IMG/VR virus record: IMGVR_UViG_3300032307_000646
Coordinates: 1 to 64,000 of that record
Origin: a virus
Length of the DNA stretch: 64,000 bases
Direction: 5' to 3' (one strand)
Shown: positions 20,082 through 28,158 of the stretch, one piece after another
How positions within the stretch are numbered: the stretch's first letter is position 1
Layout: each line of letters opens with the position of its first letter
The notes under the pieces: model-generated
Told to the model about the DNA's origin: nothing
The model's database searches: none
The model's input: the letters and a program-made list of their open reading frames with translations, nothing else
Translations under genes and position numbers: made by a program

Positions 20082-20294
20082 ATGAACGAAGCAATAGAAT
20101 TAAAGCACCGCCTTGCAATGATCGAGGACGACCTAAAAGTTATTAGAGCATTTATCTATGAGCAGGGGTTGAATGAAACATTCCAAAAGCCGACACCAAT
20201 GGCTGACGAGTGTTGGACGCACCTAAACAATATAGAGATTGCTTGTGACCTATCAAATGAGGAATGTTTGAGTTGGAAATTATTTTCAAAATAA
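20082..20294 (+). CDS. hypothetical protein
   Basis: own promoter. Confidence 0.65.
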   Translation: MNEAIELKHRLAMIEDDLKVIRAFIYEQGLNETFQKPTPMADECWTHLNNIEIACDLSNEECLSWKLFSK

Positions 20295-20350
20295 TTTGGT
20301 CAGTAAACTTTTTTTCATTATCTTTGAAGTAACAAAATAAACAAAGAGTT

Positions 20351-20683
20351 ATGGCAAAGCGAATCCAATTTTCAGAAGTAAAGACCCGTCTTGAAGTTTC
20401 AAGTCGTGGTGGTGGAATAGAAATAGACCTAACGCGTTTCGGGTTCAAGGGTGAATTTATGTCAGCGTATCAAAACTATTTGGGTGGTGGCTTGTTGGGT
20501 AAAGTTTGTGCCAACGATACAATCCGAGCGTACAACAAACCTTGCACACCAAAACAAGCGGAGAAGTTAGACAAGATAGCGGAGCGTTTAAAACAATACT
20601 ATCATTTGTTGACTAACCCCGACACCGAGTGGGAAGGTAGCAGTTACGAGGCGAATCAATTAAGACCCGAATCAAGTTTTTAA
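20351..20683 (+). CDS. hypothetical protein
   Basis: AYQNYLGGG motif; own promoter. Confidence 0.7.
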   Translation: MAKRIQFSEVKTRLEVSSRGGGIEIDLTRFGFKGEFMSAYQNYLGGGLLGKVCANDTIRAYNKPCTPKQAEKLDKIAERLKQYYHLLTNPDTEWEGSSYEANQLRPESSF

Positions 20684-20755
20684 AAAAAAGTTTGTAAAAA
20701 ACTTGCGTGGTAAATTTATTTACCTTATCTTTGAAGTATCAAAAAACAATTAAAC

Positions 20756-21061
20756 ATGGCAACAAAATCACAAGAAATTAGAACAGCGTTCGGGTTACTA
20801 ATCTATAAGGGTGACTACGAGGGAGCACAATGGTCAATCACTGGGTTTCCAAAGGACGAGCAGTTAGCACGTCATTTTGAATCAGCATACGACTTTGAGG
20901 ATTGTATCAAACGCAATGTAAATTGTAGTGGTATAGAGTTCGATAGCGAGTTTAGTCAGTTCTTTGCATACGCCAAGACCAAAGCGAGATTGGTATCGTT
21001 CGCCAAGCAGATTGAGAAGCACTTTGCAAAGGCGAAAGCGATGACAGAAAAAATGTATTAA
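20756..21061 (+). CDS. hypothetical protein
   Basis: own promoter. Confidence 0.7.
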   Translation: MATKSQEIRTAFGLLIYKGDYEGAQWSITGFPKDEQLARHFESAYDFEDCIKRNVNCSGIEFDSEFSQFFAYAKTKARLVSFAKQIEKHFAKAKAMTEKMY

Positions 21062-21118
21062 AAAGTTTGCACAAGAACTTTTTTATACTTATCTTTGAAG
21101 TATCAAAACAATTAAGCG

Positions 21119-21439
21119 ATGGAAAATTTTAATCAAGTATGTGTTTGGGAAGGCACGGTTGTCGGAGCAGACGATATCAAAACTTTTGAAGATTGGGTTC
21201 AAGATGTTTGGGGAGTACGCGCAAAGTATTGCGAAGAAGTATTAACCTTACCAACACCAGGAGTAGAGGGAACAGGTGGAAGAAACGATTTGTTCTTTCG
21301 TATCCACGATGAGGATATCCAAAAGTTCGCAGTACCACGCATCAGTATCGGTGTTCGTTGGTGGGAAGATGTTTTGGGTAATGGTAATGAGGAATTGTAC
21401 CCACAAGGAATTTTGGAAAAATATCCAAAAACTTGGTAA
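21119..21439 (+). CDS. hypothetical protein
   Basis: GGRNDLFF, RWWED motifs; own promoter. Confidence 0.7.
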   Translation: MENFNQVCVWEGTVVGADDIKTFEDWVQDVWGVRAKYCEEVLTLPTPGVEGTGGRNDLFFRIHDEDIQKFAVPRISIGVRWWEDVLGNGNEELYPQGILEKYPKTW

Positions 21440-21499
21440 AAAAGTTTGGTTGGTAAATAAATTTGTTTTATCTTTGTTCAACACAAAACAAACAAGTAT

Positions 21500-21811
21500 A
21501 TGCAACAAATGTTTTTAAACATCAGAAAGAAAATGGGGTATGTTCCGATGGAAGAATACCTACGAGAAAAAGAAAATGCTCAAATTTCAAGTATAAGAGA
21601 TTTTGAGAGAGTAATTCACATATTGAGTTCATCAGTACACGAAGCCCATATCCAAACGGCAGAGAAGTGTTTTGAGGTATTCAAGAACAAGTGGAACGGC
21701 TTATCTTCGGAGATAATGTCCTATAACACCCTAATCTTTGAAAACGAGAGAGAAAAGGTGTTAAACCGACTACCGAAGATTAAAGAGAGTGTTAGGTTGT
21801 TGCTGACTTGA
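21500..21811 (+). CDS. hypothetical protein
   Basis: own promoter and terminator. Confidence 0.65.
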   Translation: MQQMFLNIRKKMGYVPMEEYLREKENAQISSIRDFERVIHILSSSVHEAHIQTAEKCFEVFKNKWNGLSSEIMSYNTLIFENEREKVLNRLPKIKESVRLLLT

Positions 21812-21904
21812 TACTTGTTTAATTGTGGAGAAGGGGAGCAGAAATGCTCCTCTTTTTTTTGTAAAAAACTTGGTCAGTAACTTTTTTACACCTACCTTTG
21901 TACT

Positions 21905-22195
21905 ATGGAAAAGAAAGAAGGACGTATTCAGTTTATCGAGAATCAGTTGGAACTGATTAAGGATAGAGTTTGTGAGATTAAGGGAGAATTAACGACACTT
22001 GATTTCCAAATGGAGTTGAGCAAAATTGATGCTAGGTTGTATCGTATGAAGCGTAAAACCTTTATGTATGAATTGGAGTTGCTTGACAAGAAAGTTGGTA
22101 ACCTAAACGCAGAGATTGAAATCTTAAACCTATTTAGAGAAATTGGTATTGAGGTGGAAGAACATTCGGACGAAGAAGAAAGAATCGCAAAATGA
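21905..22195 (+). CDS. coiled-coil protein
   Basis: heptad pattern; own promoter. Confidence 0.65.
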   Translation: MEKKEGRIQFIENQLELIKDRVCEIKGELTTLDFQMELSKIDARLYRMKRKTFMYELELLDKKVGNLNAEIEILNLFREIGIEVEEHSDEEERIAK

Positions 22196-22560
22196 AAAAA
22201 TATATTGTATCCTTATTAATGTTAATGGGGTTGAATGCTTTTGCCCAATCACCTAAACTGAAAATAGTATTGTATCCAAACACCGACCTTGAATACGAGT
22301 ACGCGGTGAAGTTAATGAATGATACTACATTCAGCAAGGACTTTTGTTTTGATATTGTTCGTAAACATAAAGACCCATCGTTCCCAGCGCAATACGGAGT
22401 TGTTAAAGTTGATTTCGTTTCTTGTGAGGGTGATATCATGGTTGCCAGTTGTCAAGCGAATACAATGCCCAATAAGAAAGAATTAACATTGTATGCAAAT
22501 ATGTCCTTGACAATTGCCGATGATCCGAAATTAAGAAAAACTACAAAAATATTGTATTAA
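22192..22560 (+). CDS. exported protein
   Basis: signal peptide ending AFA-Q (Bacteroidota Q-rule). Confidence 0.7.
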   Translation: MKKYIVSLLMLMGLNAFAQSPKLKIVLYPNTDLEYEYAVKLMNDTTFSKDFCFDIVRKHKDPSFPAQYGVVKVDFVSCEGDIMVASCQANTMPNKKELTLYANMSLTIADDPKLRKTTKILY

Positions 22561-22622
22561 AAATTTGGTCGGTAAAGTTTTTTATAGTATATTTGAATTA
22601 TAAATCAATTAAACAATATACT

Positions 22623-22931
22623 ATGGCAAGCGACAAAATCACAGACGCACTTGGAATCAAAGAGGAATGGTGGGATAACAAGGTTGACTCGGTTAAGAAA
22701 ACTTGGAACAACCACAACGCTATTTCCGATGTTATTCTAACTGAAGCAGAGAACGAGAGAACCGAATCTTTCGGAGATACGGGAATCAAAGTTTCGGAGT
22801 ACGAGATTAAGTTGGTCACTATTGGATACATTATCGGTATGGCTAAATCAATTTCGGAAGAACAATCAGCACCCGAAGCAGAGTTCATAAAGTTTCTTAT
22901 TGAAATGGCAAAAAAGAAAGGGGGAAAATAA
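22623..22931 (+). CDS. hypothetical protein
   Basis: start at MASDK after promoter. Confidence 0.65.
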   Translation: MASDKITDALGIKEEWWDNKVDSVKKTWNNHNAISDVILTEAENERTESFGDTGIKVSEYEIKLVTIGYIIGMAKSISEEQSAPEAEFIKFLIEMAKKKGGK

Positions 22932-22978
22932 CCCCCTTTTTATTTGGTCAGTAAATTTTTTTATATTATCTTTGGGGT

Positions 22979-23176
22979 ATGGAAACAATTAAAAGTTTAG
23001 CCCTTATCATCGCAGCGGTTTTAATGGGCGCGTTTGCTTTCAGAGTTGCAAACAATTGGGATATACCAGTAGACAATCAAATCGCAATGGCTTTGTTCGG
23101 TTGCTTCTTTTATACCATTGCTTTTATTATAGCAGTTATTGATATTAAAAATTATTTGAAGAAAGTTGTAAAATAA
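22979..23176 (+). CDS. two-TM membrane protein
   Basis: two hydrophobic helices. Confidence 0.65.
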   Translation: METIKSLALIIAAVLMGAFAFRVANNWDIPVDNQIAMALFGCFFYTIAFIIAVIDIKNYLKKVVK

Positions 23177-23234
23177 TTTGGTCAGTAACTTTTTTACACT
23201 TATATTTGTATCATAAATCAATTAAACAAATAAT

Positions 23235-23543
23235 ATGAAAAAAGTAGTTTTAATTTTAGCAATGTTCTTAATCGGTGGAGTAGCAATGGCACAAACAACC
23301 ACAAACGAAGAACCGAAGAAAGAAACCAAAGCACCGAAGTTGCCTGACGGAATCGAAAAGGGTTTATCTATTACCTACAATGAAATCGGAGAGTTGATAT
23401 TCGTTACCAAGAAGAAATCAATCTATTCAGACATTGAAGAGATTAAAAAGTACATTGGTGCAAACTATCGAATCTACAACGCATCAGCACCCGAAATTCA
23501 ACACGAGGGTAAGAAGTGGGTACTTACCTTTAAGAAAAAATAA
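23235..23543 (+). CDS. exported protein
   Basis: signal peptide AMA-Q. Confidence 0.7.
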   Translation: MKKVVLILAMFLIGGVAMAQTTTNEEPKKETKAPKLPDGIEKGLSITYNEIGELIFVTKKKSIYSDIEEIKKYIGANYRIYNASAPEIQHEGKKWVLTFKKK

Positions 23544-23665
23544 TTCTTGTTTAATTAGTTGTGAAGTGGGGAGCGAAAGTTCCCCATTTTTTTTTGAATA
23601 AATCGATCAATTTATTTGCACAATAAAGTTTTTTATATTATCTTTGATATAACAAATTAAACAAG

Positions 23666-24091
23666 ATGAAAAAGTTATTCCATTACATTATTATATTTTT
23701 AGTTATCTATTGGTGTTTTAATAACATTAAGGGGTGTAGTGTACCAGAAGTGGCGAAAGTCCCGCAAATCGAAGAACAAGAGCATTTTTGCGGGGATTGT
23801 ACCGAACCAATAGAAGAGGTTCCACAAGAGCAGTTGGATAGCACAAACGCGAATCTTTGTTACCGACAATTAAAGAGTTCAATAATAAGAAACGAAGCCA
23901 AAGGAAATACATTTGTTGAGTTAAGAAAAGAGATAGATGTTCAGTCCCCAAGGAGTATTGTTGTTACAATATATTACACTATTGTTAATGATAAGAGTGA
24001 GAGGGTGAGCAGAAAATGTGTTGGCGTACATAAATTCAATGGTGAGGGTGAGATGAGTATTGTTGATATAAAGGATGAAAGAATTTTGTAA
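23666..24091 (+). CDS. membrane-anchored protein
   Basis: N-terminal hydrophobic helix. Confidence 0.65.
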   Translation: MKKLFHYIIIFLVIYWCFNNIKGCSVPEVAKVPQIEEQEHFCGDCTEPIEEVPQEQLDSTNANLCYRQLKSSIIRNEAKGNTFVELRKEIDVQSPRSIVVTIYYTIVNDKSERVSRKCVGVHKFNGEGEMSIVDIKDERIL

Positions 24092-24146
24092 AAAACTTGC
24101 ACAGTAATTTTTTATATATTATATTTGTATCATAAATCAATTAAAC

Positions 24147-24362
24147 ATGAAAAGAGAATTTAAAGTTATCCCGTTTATCCTATCAGTATTAGGGTTGGTT
24201 GCAGTAGGTCTTTGTTTGGGTTCATTGTATGAAGTTGGACCAACAACCGAAGTTTTGGTTGGGGTTGTGTTTGGGTTCATCGCCTTTACATTCATTCTAT
24301 TATTATCAGTTGGGTTCCCCTTAACAAAAGAGGAAAGAAAAGAAACTGAAATAAAGTGGTAA
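24147..24362 (+). CDS. two-TM membrane protein
   Basis: two hydrophobic helices. Confidence 0.65.
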   Translation: MKREFKVIPFILSVLGLVAVGLCLGSLYEVGPTTEVLVGVVFGFIAFTFILLLSVGFPLTKEERKETEIKW

Positions 24363-24645
24363 AAAAGTTTGATTGGTAAAGTTTTTTATAGTATCTTTGA
24401 TATAACAAATTAAACAAAGGTATTATGAAAAACTTTCCCAACATTCTAATGGTGATACTAGTATTAGTTATAGGTGTCATATTGGTTAATCTTATCATTG
24501 AGTTCGGTCTTTGGTTGTTATTACTTATATTCGTTTATCCAATACACGTTCTTATTGTTTTAGTTATTTTAATGTTTATTTTAAATAAACTTGCACAATA
24601 AAGTTTTTTTCATTATCTTTGATATAACAAATTAAACAAATAAGT

Positions 24646-24891
24646 ATGGCAACGAAATTATGGAAGTCCGAGTATCATTCAGGTGGCTCAATTAGAGTAA
24701 CAACCGATGAAAAGAAAAAGAAAGTAACCTTTTTAGTAAGCGACCACGAGTATTCATTTGATACAAGTGATAGTCGAGCAGAAACGAAGATAGACGCGTT
24801 CTTATTTGAGGTAACAAGTTCTTACTACGCCGATGAAATAATGAAGTGGGTAAAGAGCAAGATAAACATTGAAACCCCAAGTTTTTGGTAA
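24646..24891 (+). CDS. hypothetical protein
   Basis: own promoter and terminator. Confidence 0.65.
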   Translation: MATKLWKSEYHSGGSIRVTTDEKKKKVTFLVSDHEYSFDTSDSRAETKIDAFLFEVTSSYYADEIMKWVKSKINIETPSFW

Positions 24892-25016
24892 AGAGGTTTA
24901 ATTGTGAGAATCGGGGGCGGAAACGTCCCCTTTTTTTATTTAAAAAAATCGATCGAAATACTTGCACAATAAACTTTTTTACATTATCTTTGATATACAA
25001 TTAAACACAAAGGGTT

Positions 25017-25232
25017 ATGTATAAAATCATTCAAGCAAAATTTTCAAGCAAGTGTGCCAAGAGTGGCAAACGAATCAAGAAAGGTGATACAATCTTATAT
25101 GATATCTATAAGAAGTTAGCCTACATTCCTGGCAACGAGCCAAAGGATTATACTTACCAAGACGATGGTAAAATGGTACAGGCACAGGAGAACGCGTACT
25201 TTGATAATTTTTGTCGAGAAAATAATATATAA
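25017..25232 (+). CDS. hypothetical protein
   Basis: AKF.S.C..SG..IKKGD motif; own promoter. Confidence 0.65.
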   Translation: MYKIIQAKFSSKCAKSGKRIKKGDTILYDIYKKLAYIPGNEPKDYTYQDDGKMVQAQENAYFDNFCRENNI

Positions 25233-25287
25233 AAAACTTGCACAATAAAAAATAATATATTATCTTTAACATATCAAATTAAACGAG

Positions 25288-25485
25288 ATGAAAAAGTTAG
25301 TATTATTATTAGTGATAGCGACCACAACATTAGAAGTGAGTGCAAGTGTTGACCAATTCAACAAAGGTAACGACCCAGGTTTCAATTACAAAAAACATTA
25401 TAGAAAGGTTAAAAGAACAAAGTTTCTTAATCGTGTCTTTAATTTAAACAATTGTAGACAATACCGAAGAAACGGATATCTTTAA
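25288..25485 (+). CDS. exported cationic peptide
   Basis: signal peptide plus K/R-rich mature part. Confidence 0.65.
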   Translation: MKKLVLLLVIATTTLEVSASVDQFNKGNDPGFNYKKHYRKVKRTKFLNRVFNLNNCRQYRRNGYL

Positions 25486-25561
25486 AAAAAAGTTGTAAAA
25501 AACTTGCACAATAAAATTATTTATATTACTTTTACTCTATAACCAATTAAACAAAAGCAAA

Positions 25562-25753
25562 ATGAAAAAGTTAGTATTATTATCAGCAGCAGTTTTAGTA
25601 GCAGTAGGAACAAGTTTTGCCAACGATGGCGGTAAACTTAAAAGACACAAAAAGAGAGTTAGATACCACCAATGCGATGCGTACAAAACACACTACGCAC
25701 CAATCAAACCCGAGAGACACCGCGGTCATGGTTCATGCGATGCGTATAACTAA
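25562..25753 (+). CDS. exported cationic peptide with two CDAY repeats
   Basis: signal peptide; HQCDAY and GSCDAY. Confidence 0.65.
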   Translation: MKKLVLLSAAVLVAVGTSFANDGGKLKRHKKRVRYHQCDAYKTHYAPIKPERHRGHGSCDAYN

Positions 25754-25847
25754 AAAGAATTAAAAGAGAGGGGACAAAAAAAGTCCCCTTTTTTTTTGTG
25801 ATAAACTTGCACAATAAATTTTTTTATATTATCTTTGATATACAATT

Positions 25848-25970
25848 ATGAAAAAGATATTATTATTAATCGGAATCGTGGCAGTGCTTATGGCATCTTG
25901 CGGAAGTGTTAACCATTCTTGCAGTAAAAGAAGTAAAAACTATTGGCACAACCAACACGCAAATTTTTAA
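25848..25970 (+). CDS. small cationic lipoprotein (40 aa)
   Basis: MKKILLLIGIVAVLMASC lipobox, read by hand; own promoter. Confidence 0.6.
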   Translation: MKKILLLIGIVAVLMASCGSVNHSCSKRSKNYWHNQHANF

Positions 25971-26044
25971 AAAAAAGTTTACAAAAAACTTGCACAATAA
26001 AAAATAATATAGTACATTTACATTATACAATTAAACAAAGAGTT

Positions 26045-26227
26045 ATGAAAAAGTTAGTTTATTTATTAGTAGTTGTTTTCGCAGTGTCATTAACAACAAC
26101 AAGTTGTGCAACAAGCAAAGGATGTGGTTACACCAAAGCAGTAAAGTTTAACAAGAAACAAAGCAAGAAAGCACACAGATACCACAAACGCAGTAGCAGA
26201 GGTAACGGAGTTTTCTTAAACTTCTAA
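26045..26227 (+). CDS. small cationic lipoprotein
   Basis: MKKLVYLL...TTSC lipobox; own promoter and terminator. Confidence 0.65.
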   Translation: MKKLVYLLVVVFAVSLTTTSCATSKGCGYTKAVKFNKKQSKKAHRYHKRSSRGNGVFLNF

Positions 26228-26355
26228 CAAAGGGAATCAATCAACAAGAGAGGGGGCGAAAGTCCCCTTTTTTTATTTTAATAATTTCGATCAAATTATT
26301 TGGCGGATAAAGTTTTTTATATTACCTTTGAAGTACACAATTAAACAAATAAGAT

Positions 26356-26625
26356 ATGACACAATTTGAACAAGCAATCGAACAAGTGAGACAAGGTACA
26401 TTAAAAGCACCATCAGTTTCCATGGGTAACCAATCAATTAATTATTTCAGTTACCAATTATCAGTACACCACTTTAACCTTAAAATTATGGCTAGTGGAA
26501 TGAAGTTTAAAGGTATTACTTTTACTCAGATTAAAAAGTATTACGGACTCAAAGGAAAGAGCGCGAAAGATTGCTTACCACAATTTGAGCAGATTATGAA
26601 CGACTACAAACAAGGGGTGCTTTAA
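26356..26625 (+). CDS. hypothetical protein
   Basis: own promoter and terminator. Confidence 0.7.
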   Translation: MTQFEQAIEQVRQGTLKAPSVSMGNQSINYFSYQLSVHHFNLKIMASGMKFKGITFTQIKKYYGLKGKSAKDCLPQFEQIMNDYKQGVL

Positions 26626-26900
26626 GCACCCTTTTTTATTATATAAAATAATTTAAAAATAATCTATAATAAATTTGGTGGGGAAAGTTTTTTATATTAC
26701 CTTTGAATTGTCGTTAGGGAACAACGAAGGGCGGGGGTAAAACCACGAAGTAAATCAGAGGTAACTTGCCCTATATTTTTTTGTTTAACTTTTGCCCCTA
26801 AACATTAAACAAAAAAAAATAAAAAAAACTTTACTCAGAATTTGGTGGGAAAGAAAAAAACACTATCTTTGTATTGTTAAACAATTAAACAATTAAACAA

Positions 26901-27548
26901 ATGGAAAATTTAAGCAACAAACAAGAAGTGATTTTAGCAATCCTAAACACTTACACTAACTTGTCAGTAGAACAAGTAGAAAACCTAATCAAAGCAACCA
27001 ACGGCATTGGTGGGGTATCTTTCGTATCGGTTAACGGCTATTCAAGTGATAAGTCAAGCAATACCGAAGTAGCAAATCAAGTAGTTAACATTGGTGCAAG
27101 TTACGGCAATATGTTAACAAAGGATAGCGACATTTACGCTAACTTTGATGTTGCAAGTGTTGATGTAGATAAGTTTAACTACGAAACTATTGATACAAAC
27201 GGCTTGACATTGGAACAATTCAAACAAGCAGTTAAGGAAGCGTTACCAACGGCATTGGAAGAACTTAACCAACCGAAAGCGAAAAAAGATACAAGCAACG
27301 ATGTTTGGTTAAACAAAGCGTTAGTGTTTAACTTTAATACTATGCGTTTGGGTATCTTTGGGCAAAGCGTTAACAAGGTAGTGGAAACGAAAGGTACTTT
27401 TAAGGTGGTTAAGTCAGCACCCAAAACAATCGCAAAGCGTTTGATTGAGAAACAAGCAAAGGGCAAAGCACAAACCCTACGCCGTTTCGCATTGGATAAC
27501 TTAATCGGAAGTGTTAAGGTATCGGGCGAAGTAGTGGAAATCGGATAA
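26901..27548 (+). CDS. hypothetical protein, last gene of early arm
   Basis: 215-aa ORF with promoter 26841-26871. Confidence 0.8.
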   Translation: MENLSNKQEVILAILNTYTNLSVEQVENLIKATNGIGGVSFVSVNGYSSDKSSNTEVANQVVNIGASYGNMLTKDSDIYANFDVASVDVDKFNYETIDTNGLTLEQFKQAVKEALPTALEELNQPKAKKDTSNDVWLNKALVFNFNTMRLGIFGQSVNKVVETKGTFKVVKSAPKTIAKRLIEKQAKGKAQTLRRFALDNLIGSVKVSGEVVEIG

Positions 27549-27565
27549 CCTACAACGAAGATAGG

Positions 27566-27590
27566 AAAGGGGCGAAAGCCCCTTTTTTTT
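27566..27590 (+). terminator. intrinsic terminator
   Basis: AAAGGGGC-GAAA-GCCCCTTT plus T tract; similar hairpins near 11373, 13845, 15784, 16208, 17197, 21832, 23566, 24912, 26250. Confidence 0.85.
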
Positions 27591-28158
27591 GCCCTATACG
27601 GCATTATCTTATATAAGTGGTATATTGTTATAGGTGGATAGGTTACAACGCGTTAAAACGGCTTAAAATGATTATGTTAATATGTGGATAACTATATTTG
27701 GTCAGTAAATCTATATAGTGCTATTTGGTCACCAAAGGGGTATAAAGACCCCCCCCCTCACCATTAGCCCCCCATATACCCCCCCTCTCCCCGTCAAATG
27801 AGGGGCTCAAATATCTATGTGAACTTTTTCCAAAAAAAAATTTCCAGGTATTTTTTTCCAAAATTTCGGACCCCCTATGTCGAGGGTGTGATCCGTCTGG
27901 AAAACATGACCCCCTTTTTATTTCAAAACCATTTTTCAAAAAAATTTCTGGGGAATTTTTTATTCCAGAATATCGGCTTTTTAAACGATATCTTAAATTA
28001 TCGGCTATTTGCACGATATTGTTTACAGTAAACTCTAAACTGTAAACATATAAGGCCACAACCTTATAATGGGTGATTATTAGACTACAACCTTATACCA
28101 AATAAAAAACCCCCTTATTTCTAAGAGGGCTACATGCTCTGCCTACATGTTACGATCT

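Larger units (their letters stand above)
2840..27600. promoter_or_regulatory. array of ~50 Bacteroidota sigma-A-type promoters (TTG/TTTG...TAnnTTTG), about one per early gene
   Basis: e.g. TTGCACAAGAACTTTTTTATACTTATCTTTG near 13504, 14335, 15831, 21067; TTTGGTCAGTAA...TATCTTTG near 19331, 19771, 20295; minus-strand copies near 2840, 5517, 6677, 7571, 8461. Confidence 0.9.

Noticed and set aside
11400-26900. CRISPR array or integron cassettes suggested by recurring ~31-nt repeats
   Set aside because: Repeats are degenerate, separated by whole genes, match the Bacteroidota promoter consensus and lack attC-like symmetry; no cas or integrase gene in the window.
27721-28059. ORFs 27721-28059 and 27798-28031
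   Set aside because: Run through homopolymer tracts with implausible composition; region treated as non-coding.
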